DNA from: Psilocybe cubensis
Taxonomy: Eukaryota
Direction: 5' to 3'
NCBI GenBank assembly: GCA_017499595.2
Contig: CM039000.1
Coordinates: 2,852,001 to 2,916,000, forward strand
DNA: 64,000 nt
In this document: in pieces, positions 36,217-48,867 of the stretch
Position numbering within the stretch: the first letter of the stretch is position 1
Layout: every line of letters begins with the position of its first letter
Program-made: the position numbers and the translations under genes
The notes under the pieces: generated by a model
The model's input: the letters and a program-made list of their open reading frames with translations, nothing else
Told to the model about the DNA's origin: nothing
The model's database searches: none

Positions 36217-38721
36217 TTACTTGCCAGCACCCCCCCATGTTTTCCAGTCAAACCCTCCTTCAGACTTGCGTCCTGTCTTGCTCGCGTTCTTTCCCTGGGG
36301 TTTGCTTTTAGCGATCCCCGCGCTCCTACCACTCTCCTTCCGCTCTCGCGCCAACGCCTCTTTTCGCATCTCGGAAGGCAGCACGGGAATTTTCATATCC
36401 ATAATCGGCGTCAGTACTTTGCCATCTATGCTCTTCCTTGCACTAGGTTTAGTACTAGAGTTTGTTTTGCTTGATCCGGGCGTAGTTCCGAGGTCGGTAT
36501 CATCATTAAAGTCGTTATCTATTTCATCATCTTTCTCGCCACCGCCAATGTAGACCGTTTCCTCGTCCTCATCCTCATCGAGATACCCTGCATCTTCGTC
36601 TCGATCTCCGACGCGTGTGTGGCTTGATGATATGGACGAGGCGGACTTTGACGAGAGTAAGGATGTTGGCACATGACTAGGCGCTGAAGTGCATGGTCGC
36701 CTTCTAAACGGATTGCGAGACGTCGACTCATTGACCAACGGCGGTACAATTCCAGCTCCATTACCAATGGACGCCCTTGTACCCTTTTCACGCGCAGGCT
36801 CCGCAACCTCCAAATCCTCCAATTTCCTTCTCTTCGCCGCCTTTTGCACGACCTCGTCTAGCTCTCGCTTCACCCGGGCCGCACGCGCGCTGCTCATATC
36901 CACCATTGCCACCTCGCGCCTGCTGCTCGTTGCCGCTGCGTGCATCTGCTGTTTCCTCTTCTCTGCCTGCGCCTTTTGCTCCTGGAGCGCATCGTCGAGG
37001 GTCGCCCATGCGGGCGGCGTGCGGTACAACTTGAGTTTTGCGTCAAAGGTGTTGGAGGGGCTGATAGTAGAGGTGGACACGACGGTGGGGCGCTTGGGTT
37101 TGGGTTTGATAGGCTCCAGCGAGGTAACGGGCACCATCGGGAGCGGGATGCGCGAACTCGCTGTGCGTGACCCAGAAGAGCTCGAGCTCGAAGCATACAT
37201 CGCACGCGCATGCATGTTCAGGCGCGGGACCTTGAGCACGCGCGCACGCGCGCCATGGGTCGATGCTTCCGCGCCGCGTGCGTTGGCAGTGCCCGACACG
37301 CTTTCTGATTGGAAATTGGTTTGATCGGAGGTAAATTCCGAATTTGGGAAGCGCGGTGGGTGGTGTAGGACTCTGCGTGCGTTGGTGGAGGTGCTCGGTC
37401 TGGGTGTGGGTGTGCCCGACGCCGTGTTTCTGGAAGTGTTGGTAGAAGATTGTGCTGTGGGTGGTAGATTGCTTGATGGTGGTGTTGGAGTTATGCCGCC
37501 TATCCAGACTGATTGGTTGATACGGCCTGATGGAGGCGAGTTGCGCTGACAGAGGAGGGAAAGGTAATGAGAGGAATGTCAGATAGGTGTAATCAGAAAT
37601 ATACTAACACGTCCGGGGCGCGGCTTTGCAGACATTATAGTGATTTCGTAATCTTGACGTTCGTACCAAGCCTCTTTGTTCCGTTGGTGTGCCTCCGAGT
37701 CCTCTCTGGCCTGAATATCCCTCTGGAGGACAGTGGTATTGCCTACTCGGATGGAGGCGGCGTTGGGGGGCACTACGACGAAAGCGTCCTGAGGAGCAAC
37801 AGAACTGACTTTGGGGGCGGGGACGGTGGGACGGTGGTATAGGGAGTCTATATTTAGGACGAAAGGGTGCTCAGACGAATAGAGCCTGGGCTGTATGTCG
37901 TAGAGAGATTCTAGGGCGGAAACAAGTGGGGCGGGGTGGTATAGATCGTCGTACTCGTGAGACGGTGGGTGGAAGGGAAAGGCCTTGTCTGGGAGACAAC
38001 GAGTGCCCCGGAGATCTGTGCAATGTAAGCTAGCTGTAGACAATGAATGAATAAATGGAGACTTGCCGAGCACGGAGAGAAGGGGGAACCTGAGGATGTG
38101 GGGGAATGCGTCGTTGGTGATGCACTTGCAGTTGCGGAGGGAGAGGATGCGGAGCTGCCAGGGCCCTCTGCGATCTGGCTGGAGGGTGGCTGCGAGGGAG
38201 TGGAGGGCGTAGGCGGTGAGGGCGGTGCTGGATGCGTCGAGGGCAGCGAGGGTGTGGAGAAAGCGGAGTCTGTGCACGGTGTCGTCTGTAAGGTGGGCAC
38301 ACGCGGGGAGACTGAGCACGGTCACGAGGGAGAAGTGCGCCGTGCTGGGGATCGTCTGCAGGAGCGGCAGATGCACGTCCGCGAGCGGGAGCCTGTATTG
38401 CGCCAGATACCCCGGCAGGCCGTCGTATATCTGGACTAGCACGGCCCAGAGACGCGGGTCGAGCGCGGCGGGGTCATCGATCAGCGTGTGCAGCAGGCGG
38501 GGGCGCCGCAGCGGCAGGCGCACGGGGAGCGCGATCTCGTCCGGGTACGGCACAAGGGCGCGCAGACACAGCTCAACGAGCGTCGGCAGAGTCTGGCTTG
38601 TCGGGGCGTCGGTGTCGGCGGCGGCGGCGGCGGCGTAGGGCCCCGGAGTGTAGGGGGGCGGGTGGGCAGTGAGCAGAGCATGGTCGGCCGGCAGCAGGCT
38701 CTGTTTCGCAGTGAAGAGCAT
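36217..38721 (-). CDS. LRR protein with an N-terminal BC-box-like motif and a long low-complexity basic C-terminus
   Basis: ORFs 37579-38721 and 36217-37299 are joined through an intron near 37550-37610. Motif PTLVELCLRAL. LRR units LSLPACAHLTD, LAALDASST, LRILSLRNCKCITN and LSVLDLRGT (after removing GC-AG intron 38016-38066). Confidence 0.7.
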
Positions 38722-38878
38722 GACACAAGACAGATCGCCCGGTTTAGGTAGTCACGCAACCAACAGAGCTTCTTCTCACGGCCCTTCTTTCTTCTCTCCT
38801 CCCTAGTCCTCTGCCTGGTATTGACGACCATTTCTTACTTCACATTCTTTACTACCACTTTCTCTATCCTCCCCTCTC

Positions 38879-41800
38879 ATGCCGCCTGCTGCCTTCCCTA
38901 GGCCCCAGGATTCCCGCAATAACCCCTTTGCTCCCAACCAGCTCCCCCAGCCTCGTCCTTACAACCCTCCTCAGCCTTATGCTCCCGCCTTTCCCCACCC
39001 CCGCCGCGACGACGATGAGGCTTCAGAGATCGGCGAACACTATGACATGAACTCGAGCACTACCAGGCTCGCTGGCGCTCCCGCTTTTTATGACCAATCA
39101 GGTATCCTCCTTCTCCTTCTCCAGGCCTCATCATCATCCACCTCACCCTTTTTCTCACAGGCGATGCGAGTTCTTCAGAGATGTTCGGTCGTCCCTACGA
39201 CCCCTCCGTTGATTCACACTCTAGTATACCCAGTATATCCCCCTTTGCTGATCCCGGCCTCGCCTCTTCAGAGCACTATCCTGCCTGGTCTGCAGACCGT
39301 CAGATACCCATGTCAACCGAGGAAATAGAAGACATCTTTTTGGACCTCACTCAAAAGTTTGGCTTCCAGAGAGACTCCATGCGGAACATGGTATCTTTCT
39401 GTCCCTCCACGTAGTACAGGCCTCTTTCGCTGACCCCTTGTCTTAGTTTGATTTTACTATGCACCTCCTCGACTCTAGGGCCTCCCGCATGACCCCCAAT
39501 CAGGCCCTTCTTACCCTCCATGCAGACTACATTGGTGGTCAGAATGCCAACTACCGCAAGTGGTACTTTGCTGCCCAGCTCAATCTCGATGACGCCGTCG
39601 GTCAGTCTCAGAACCCAGGCCTCCAGCGTCTCAAGAGCGTCAAGGGCGGTAAGAACGCTGGTCCAAAGTCCCTCGACTCCGCCACTAACCGTTGGCGAAA
39701 TGCCATGAACAACATGAGCCAATACGACCGTCTTCGCCAGATAGCCCTTTACCTTCTCTGTTGGGGTGAAGCTGGCAATGTCCGTTTTGTACCAGAAACC
39801 CTCTGTTTCATCTTCAAGTGCGCCGACGACTACTATCGCAGTCCCGAATGCCAAAACAAGATGGAACCTGTGCCCGAAGGCTTGTATCTCGAAACTATTA
39901 TTAAACCCCTGTACCGCTTCATGAGAGACCAGGGATACGAGGTCGTCGATGGCAAATTCGTTCGCAGGGAAAAGGACCATGCGCAAATCATCGGTTACGA
40001 CGATATTAATCAGCTTTTCTGGTACCCCGAGGGACTAGCAAAAATTGTCATTCGAGGTGGCGTGCGTAACCGCTTTTGTATTTTTTTTTTGATCTGCATT
40101 TCTCATCTTTACATCCTATCAGCAACGACTTGTAGACATCCCTCCTGCCCAAAGATTTATGAAGCTCAGTCAGATTGACTGGGAGAAAGTCTTCTTCAAG
40201 ACCTATTTTGAGAAACGATCTATTGCTCATCTCCTCGTCAATTTCAACCGTATATGGATTCTTCACATCTCGGTATACTACTTTTACACTGCCTTACACT
40301 CCCCCAAGGTATATGCTCCTCGTCTAAAGAATTTTCCTTCTGCACCCATGACATGGTCTGCTGTCGCGCTCGGTGGTGCCGTCTCTACGGTCATAATGAT
40401 CCTTGCTACTCTCGCTGAATTTTCGTACATCCCAACTACATGGAACAACGCTTCGCATCTTACGACACGTCTAATTTTCCTCCTCGTTATTCTCGCTATA
40501 ACCGCCGGTCCCACCATCTACATCGCTATGGTTGACGATTTGCCCAATAAAACGCAAATCCCTCTCATCATCGGTATCGTCCAATTTGGTATCTCAGTCG
40601 CTGTCACTATTGCTTTTGGTATCATCCCCTCCGGAAGGATGTTTGGTGACCGTGTAGCTGGTAAATCACGCAAGTATATGGCCTCGCAAACTTTTACGGC
40701 TTCTTACCCAGCTCTGCCCCGCAATGCTCGCATTGCCTCCATCACCCTGTGGATTTTGATTTTCACCTGCAAGTTTATTGAGTCCTACTTTTTCTTGTCA
40801 GCGTCCTTCAGCAGTCCTATCGCAGTCATGGCGAGGACAAAGGTGCAAGGATGCAGCGACAAGATCTTTGGTAATGTGCTCTGCACGAATCAGGTCCCTT
40901 TCACACTCGCCATCATGTACGTCATGGACCTGGTTCTCTTCTTCCTCGACACGTACCTGTGGTACATCATCTGGATCATGGTCTTCAGTATCGGGCGCTC
41001 ATTCGCTTTGGGTCTCTCCATTTGGACACCGTGGAAGGACATCTATACGCGATTGCCGAAGAGGATCTACGCCAAGCTTTTGGCAACTGCCGAGATGGAG
41101 ATCAAGTATAAGCCCAAGGTTCTCGTCTCGCAGATTTGGAATGCGGTGATCATTTCGATGTATCGCGAGCATTTGCTCTCGATTGACCATGTACAGAGGC
41201 TTTTGTATCATCAGGTTGATGGACCTGATGGGAGGAGGACGCTCCGCGCCCCACCGTTCTTCACGAACCAGGAAGGGGCTGGGTACAAGGGCAACTTCTT
41301 CCCCGCGGGTGGTGAGGCCGAGCGCAGAATTTCGTTCTTTGCGTCGTCTTTGACTACGGCACTGCCTGAGCCTCTGCCAGTCGACGCAATGCCTACGTTC
41401 ACGGTTCTGATTCCCCATTACTCGGAAAAGATTTTGCTTAGTCTTCGCGAGATTATCAGGGAAGAGGACCACAACACCCGTGTGACACTTTTGGAGTACC
41501 TCAAGCAGCTTCACCCTGTGGAATGGGACAACTTTGTCAAGGACACCAAGATCCTCGCGGAGGAGTCGGAAGCCGCAGACGGAACGTCGACCCAGCACAG
41601 CGAAAAGGCCAGCAAGGCGGACGACCTGCCGTTCTACTGCATTGGATTCAAGACTTCGTCTCCCGAGTATACGTTGCGCACGCGTATCTGGGCTTCTCTC
41701 CGTGCCCAGACGCTGTACAGGACCGTGTCAGGTATGATGAACTATAGCAAGGCGATCAAGTTGTTGTACCGTGTCGAGAACCCGGATATCGTGCACAACT

Positions 41801-44652
41801 TTGGCGGTAACACTGAGAGACTTGAGCGTGAGCTCGAACGGATGGCAAGGCGCAAGTTTAAGATGACGATTGCGATGCAGCGGTTCGCCAAGTTTAATAA
41901 AGAGGAACAGGAGAATGCCGAGTTTTTGCTACGCGCGTATCCGGACTTGCAGATCGCGTATCTGGATGAGGAGCCGAGCGAGAAGAAGGGTGGGGAGGCG
42001 CGGTTGTTCTCTGCACTTATTGACGGACATTCGGAGCTGGACGAGAAGACAGGCAAGCGGAAACCCAAGTTCAAGGTCGAGCTGCCCGGTAACCCCATTC
42101 TTGGAGACGGAAAGTCGGATAACCAGAACCATGCAATGATCTTCTACCGTGGAGAATACCTCCAGCTCATTGATGCTAACCAGGACAACTACCTTGAAGA
42201 GTGTTTGAAGATCCGCAATATCCTTGCCGAGTTCGAGGAGACGTCGGTGTCGAGTCAGAGCCCGTATGCGCAGTGGGGCCACAAGGAGTTCAACAAGTCA
42301 CCGGTGGCTATTGTCGGCACGCGCGAGTACATTTTCTCGGAGAATATTGGTATTTTGGGAGATATCGCTGCTGGAAAGGAACAGACGTTCGGTACGCTTA
42401 CGGCGCGCGCGCTCGCGTGGATCGGCGGCAAGCTGCATTATGGACATCCTGATTTCCTGAACGCGACGTTCATGAATACGCGTGGAGGTGTATCCAAGGC
42501 ACAGAAAGGTCTGCATCTGAATGAGGATATTTTCGCTGGTATGAACGCGTTTGGACGCGGTGGACGTATCAAGCATTCCGAGTACTACCAGTGCGGTAAA
42601 GGACGTGATCTCGGCTTTGGCACGATTCTGAATTTCCAGACTAAGATTGGTACGGGAATGGGAGAGCAGATGCTCAGTCGGGAGTATTACTATCTGGGAA
42701 CGCAGTTGCCTATTGATCGCTTCCTGACATTCTATTATGGCCATCCTGGATTCCATGTTAACAATATTTTGGTCATTTACTCGATTCAGGTGTTTATGGT
42801 GACTTGTGAGTGTTCATTTTTTCTCCAACAAGATGTTTGGTAGTAAGCATTCATTTCTTTGTGCATAGTGCTCTTTATCGGTACTCTCAACAAGCAGTTG
42901 TCAATTTGTAAAATAAACAGTCAAGGAACGGTTCTTGCTGGACAACCCGGATGCTACAACCTTATCCCAGTGTTTGACTGGATCAGACGTAGTATTGTTT
43001 CCATTTTCTTGGTCTTCTTCATCGCCTTCCTTCCTCTCTTCTTGCAAGGTCAGTTCACCTCTTTATGCCTTTATCATTTCATCGTTTAATCAGTGTATTT
43101 CCAGAGCTTACTGAAAGAGGTTCGGGCAAGGCATTGGTCCGCCTGGGCAAACATTTCTTGTCTCTCTCTCCGCTGTTCGAAGTGTTCTCCACCCAGATCT
43201 ATTCTAATTCTATTTTGAGTAATTTGACTTTCGGTGGTGCTCGCTACATCGCCACCGGTCGTGGATTCGCGACTAGTCGCATCTCTTTCAGCATCCTTTA
43301 CTCCCGCTTTGCTGGTCCTAGTATATACATGGGCATGCGTAACCTCCTCCTGTTGCTGTATGCTACCATGTCTATTTGGATCCCCCATCTCATCTACTTC
43401 TGGCTCTCTGTCCTTTCTCTGTGCATTGCGCCATTTTTGTTCAACCCTCATCAGTTCTCATATGCCGACTTTATCATTGACTACCGTGAATTCTTGCGAT
43501 GGATGTCGCGCGGTAACTCGAGGACCAAGGCGAGCAGCTGGTACGGATATTGCAGGCTCTCAAGAACGATGATTACCGGTTACAAGAAGAAGAAGCTTGG
43601 TCACCCATCTGAAAAGCTCTCGGGCGATATGCCTCGCGCGACATGGCGGACCGTCATCTTCTCGGAAATCATCATACCTATTTGCGTCGCGTGCATCTTC
43701 GTCATTGCGTACATGTTCGTCAAGTCGTTCCCTGATAAGGACGGCAACCAGAACCCTAGCCCGCTTATCCGTATTGGTGTCATTGCTATTGGACCTATGG
43801 TTTGGAATGCGGCAATGTTGGTTATGTATTTCTTCATCTCGCTGTTCTTGGGCCCGATGATGGAGTCCTGGGCCAAGTTTGGATCTGTAATGGCTACGTT
43901 GGCGCACGTTACAAGTTTGGTTGGTTTGGTTGCTTTCTTCGAGTTCTTCGTAAGTGTTTATTTCTTTGAGATAATATATGGTGCAAGTCAGAACTAATGA
44001 TTTCATTTTCTTCAAGTGGTTCCTCGAGCTTTGGGACGCGTCGCATGCCGTGCTGGGAGTTATCGCTATCATCGCCATCCAACGAGCCATTCAGAAGATC
44101 CTGATCGCCGTGTTCCTGACACGTGAATTCAAGCACGACGAAACCAATCGTGCGTGGTGGACGGGTAAATGGTACGGACGTGGACTTGGAAACTCGGCCA
44201 TGTCTCAGCCTGCTCGTGAATTCATCGTCAAGATTGTGGAGATGTCCTTGTGGACATCTGACTTCCTCCTGGGACATGTTTTGCTTATTATCTTGACACC
44301 GCCTGTGCTGATTCCGTATGCGAATACTCTGCACTCGACTATGTTGTGTACGCTTTGTTTGGTTTGCTTTTCATACGACCTTTTTTCTGATTCCATTTTT
44401 AGTCTGGCTGCGCCCTTCGAAGCAGATCCGCCCACCCCTCTTTTCGACCAAGCAAAAGAGACAGAGACGATGGATTGTTGTCAAGTACACAATCATTTAC
44501 ATCTTCATGGTTGCTTTGCTCGCTTCGTTGATTGTTTTGCGTATGTTTTTACCTTAACGAATGTTAACTATCGAGGCTGACATCAACCTTTCATAGCTGC
44601 GCTCTTCCGGGACCGTATCACATTCGACTGCTCTCTCTGCAGGAATATCTAA
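38879..44652 (+). CDS. FKS1: 1,3-beta-glucan synthase (GT48)
   Basis: [69 protein letters not shown] and GLHLNEDI, plus multiple TM helices. Stop TAA at 44652. Confidence 0.98.
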
Positions 44653-44850
44653 TGCTCTAACGCTCATACGAAAGAAAAGTCAAAACACCACATCCCCATT
44701 CCCGCATTGTCACATAGCATTTTATTTTATATATAAACCATTACCCGCACGTCGAAACATTTGCATCACCACATTCAATGCACGAAGCAAATCAACAAGC
44801 CATCTAGCCAGCGAACAACGCAACACAAGTAACAATATATTGCCTCATAT

Positions 44851-44885
44851 AGGGAGAGACGGAGGCCCAACTCCTCCGTCTCCCT
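44851..44885 (+). other. Stem-loop downstream of the FKS1 stop codon
   Basis: GAGACGGAGG (44856-44865) / CCTCCGTCTC (44873-44882) with a 7-nt loop, extendable by 3 bp with a bulge. Confidence 0.45.
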
Positions 44886-45332
44886 CTGAAAACACTCGTC
44901 TGTATCACAAGTAATTTGCATAGATATTCATAAGGGCGTTGGAACATTTTTTTTCTTTCTTGTTTAATGCAAGATCTACAATACTTATACTTATCTTACT
45001 TTTTTTTTCTTGGTTTTGTTTGTTCGGTTTCGTTTCTCCTTTTTTTTTGGAATTGTCTGCATGCCCGCAACCTTTAGCTTGGATTCATGTATCTTCGTAG
45101 GTCAGGCAACCCACATTACGAATTCTATTTTTCTTGCTACAGGAATCATTAGATCTGTTTGCGCTAGTGGTGTAATACAAAATTGTGGATGCACATTTGA
45201 AGCCCCTAAGTTGAGCTCTTATCGATCACGTGATTTAGTCAACCCCCATTAGGTAGCACTCTCACCAGAACTTCGTCGCGATCGAACTTTGTCACTGCCA
45301 GAGAGCGTTCGAGTTAACGCTCGGCCTCGTCC

Positions 45333-48300
45333 ATGGATTATTTTTCTAAATTCTTGAGAACTGTGCCACAGCCTGCAACGTCTGTTGAGGTAGACCATGC
45401 GCACGAGTTTCACAAGTCATGGATTGCCATCAAGGTAGTTTCAGATCTCCGTCGTCCCATCTAGTTAAATGACGCCCATTCAATGATTAGGACACTTTGC
45501 TAATGCCCGATGAGAGGCAACTGAGCAAGGGAATAATGGCCACAGACGTCCCAGACTTACTGAAATCCATGGTGCAATCTTTGATTTCAGAGTCGACGAC
45601 AACTGAAATTGGGTGTGTTCCATAGTCCTCCGTCTCAACGACCCGAGTGAATTGACGAAGCTCTATAATAGAGGCACTGGCGCGTGTATGGAATATCTCT
45701 TGAAGAATGGTGCATTAATCGTGTCTAATGCATGTCGCACAGCACATTGACAAGGATCCCATAGATGTCCTGGGGACGCTGGTCCGTCTCAGTGAAGCCG
45801 ACCGTCCGGCAGGAATCCAGGCTCAGGTCTTGAGTGCAGTGTCAAACATGGTCGTTTTTCTCGATGAGCAATTTCTGGTTCACTCAGCGGTACACAAAGC
45901 TGTTTTACGATTACTTAGAAGCTGTGTTGGGGATGATATACAAGAACAACTGGACGGGCGAAACAAGCTTATGGGAGCCGCTCGAAATGTCGTTCGCGCT
46001 GAGCCTTCAGAGTACGAGACAGACTGTACGTGGATCACCTTACACCGTCAGCTGAATTCTAATGTATTCACAGTGGTGAGATTACTATGCATCTTGTGCA
46101 ATCGTATCAGTTCCTATCGAGAATTGTTGATGATATTCTTCCACGACAAACACTGGTACCATTCTGAGCCGTTGTTCTCAGTGGAAGAAGGTGACGAATA
46201 CGAAGACGATGAATATGATGACGAAGAGGAAGAGGAAGAAGACCCTGATGCCACTTTGAAAGGCATCAAGCTGGAACAAGCTGCAGGCAGCGACGAAGTT
46301 CGGCCACCATCACCTAATTCATCCCAGGCTACGATAACCACCCATCAAAAGGTCGATGGCAAAACTCCTGAATATGAATTCCTTCTCTTCAACTACCTGC
46401 TCCGCTTCGTGCATAGAGAAGGTGACATAGGTTATTTCGCTCGTTCGGGCTTGGCGCTTCTGGTGGAAGTTGCAATGTCTCCTGGAAAAATGAGCAATAA
46501 TTCGACAGTGGACCAAACTCCTTCAACTTCGGACCCAGTTAATGATGCAGCTTTGGCACTTGCTGAATACATCCTCGATGGAGACTTTTCTGATGTGCTG
46601 GGTGCGGGTCTGAATGCAGTTTATTCTCTTTTGCCATCGAAGCTGGGATTCTTTCCCCATATCTCATCCGGGGGGTCCAATAACACGATGACAATTGGCG
46701 GTCAAACTATGGCGGACGAAGACGAGAAAGAGAGGGCCTTGATTCTGATTGACAAGAACCGAGCCATGGGCATTGAAGATGCTGGTAGCCCCGAGTTCGC
46801 AGCGAAAATCGACCATTTCCTCACACATTTGGTGTTTTTGCAAAATATCCTGAAGAGAAATGGAGAAAATAACAGTGTTGATCCCTCATCACTTGTGGGC
46901 ACAGCTATCGTGCAATCTATCCTCGACGCAGTCCGACGGATTTTCCTTGAAAATGTCTTTTACCCATCTATACTGGAATGCTCTGATGCAGACGGTAGTG
47001 CAGTGGCAGTCATGTCATACATTGACATTATGATAAGAACTCTTCAAGAAGGCCCACTTGTCAATCTCCTCGTTGACTTCCTGGTATCAGAAGACAGCAC
47101 TGACCCACAAATTAGGCAGCGGATCCCAGCGAATGTTAAGAATCGCGACATGCCTCCAAATTCTTCAGACGACAAGCGTGCAAAGCATCGAAGACGGCAA
47201 AGTAGTGCAATGTTACTGTTGGAAATGGAAGCACCGGAATCCCGAAAAGAAACGGATTACTTCACTTCAATGGGTCGATATACACTCAAAGATCTTTTGA
47301 TTGCTAATCTGCGCTCCAAGTCTCAACCCACAGCGACCTCTGCCCTTCAACTACTACACACTTTGCTGAAGTATCATCCACAGGTAGCGATAGAGAAAAT
47401 CCTTCTTGTTATTCCGGATTCCTTTGCCACAGTGTTCCCTCATCCCGCTATTGTTGGATCCTTACGGCCAAAGGTTGTGGATACCTCCATCACAGAACAG
47501 GACGAGGATGAAGAATTCCGCTATCCCGGAGCTGAAGATTCAAAAGATGCTTCTCACGATAGTTCGATCTTTTCACAGCCAGCAACGACCTACTCAACAC
47601 ATGAACGTGAAATGGGACTTTACCTTGCTCTCGTATCTCGAATCGATCCATCACACAACCGTGACAGCGACGGTTTTAGCACTGGCTATGATCATTATCT
47701 TCACGATGCCCTAATGACTATACAGAGTCAACCAGACTACTGGAGGGCTTTAGAGAATGAGGACAACGCGGCGCCCAGATTCAAGCACCGCCTCAACGTA
47801 AACGATCCCATTCTTTCGCTTTTATTGGAATCTCTCACTACTTTCTTTTCAAATTCCCCTGACTTTAATGTTGGCTTGACTGGCGTACTGGCAACATTGG
47901 CAATACACCCGGATCGGTCAATGTCTGGATGGATATTATTCGCGTCTAATGAAGACCCATTTGCTTCACCTAAGCCACGCTACAGTCGTGACACCCTATA
48001 CGATGATGGAGACGATCGTTCAATTGACTTCGAAATCGAAGAAAAGTTGGCTAATGACACGAACTACCTTCCAGCTGCCAGTATGGATGAAAAGTCAAAA
48101 CCTGTCATATACACAATTTTGCAAGGTTTAGTCAACCAGTTAGAAAGATACCGTCAAACGGTAGAAAATTTTGACAAGTATCTGTTGGAAAGACGACAGG
48201 GCCTTTTGTTCTCCGAAAATCTGAGCGACGCACTGAACCTAGAGTTGAACATTGTAGAGGAGCGAAAGTCGGTCAAGTCAGTAGAAGAATCCCCCGCAAA

Positions 48301-48772
48301 GTCAAAACCGAAACCCAAATCAACAGCAACTTCTTCTTTTGTTTCCTTCCTCACTCCCAAGAAGGCTAAAGTGGCTAAAGCTGCCCCTCAAACCGAACCT
48401 ACGACACCCCCTCAACAAGCAGTAAGAAAGACTGTCTCGGCGAGCCCGTTCGGAAGCCATTATCATCACACTGGGTCAGTAAAGGTAGAGCCTTACATTG
48501 CTCCAGTACCATCCAACGGTCTCTGGACGCCAGCAAAATCCCAAAAATGGACGATTCCGGAAGACGATGTCTTCGGTTCAGGGTGGAATGAGAGACCTCC
48601 TAAGGACTACGATAATGATGAAAAGGTAGCGGCACCTGCACCAAAACTCGAACCTATCACTCTGTCACAACTATTGGACAACGTTGTGATTCTGGAAGAA
48701 AGTATAAAGGAGTTGGTGGCCATTATTCATGCCAGACGAAGCCTTGGGATAGATTCTTTACGCTATCTATAA
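45333..48772 (+). CDS. FHIP/FAM160 (RAI16-like) FTS-Hook-interacting protein
   Basis: ATG 45333 followed by short exons (CMEYLLKN). Motifs FLLFNYLLRFVHREG, FFSNSPDFNVGLTGVL and the C-terminal LDNVVILEESIKELVAIIHAR typical of FAM160. Confidence 0.85.
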
Positions 48773-48867
48773 TTCTTACATATAGGAAAGTCATTAGACA
48801 TACAGTGAATAATTTTACAAAAATCAAAACGTGAAATGCGAAGAGGCTTATGCAGTATGGTATGTAG

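Noticed and set aside
36221-38831. Many overlapping ORFs in all frames around the LRR gene
   Set aside because: Expected in a high-GC stretch with few stop codons; only one frame gives coherent LRR motifs.
39351-44435. Several long antisense ORFs (up to 211 aa) over FKS1
   Set aside because: Shadow ORFs produced by codon bias of the sense gene; no recognisable motifs.
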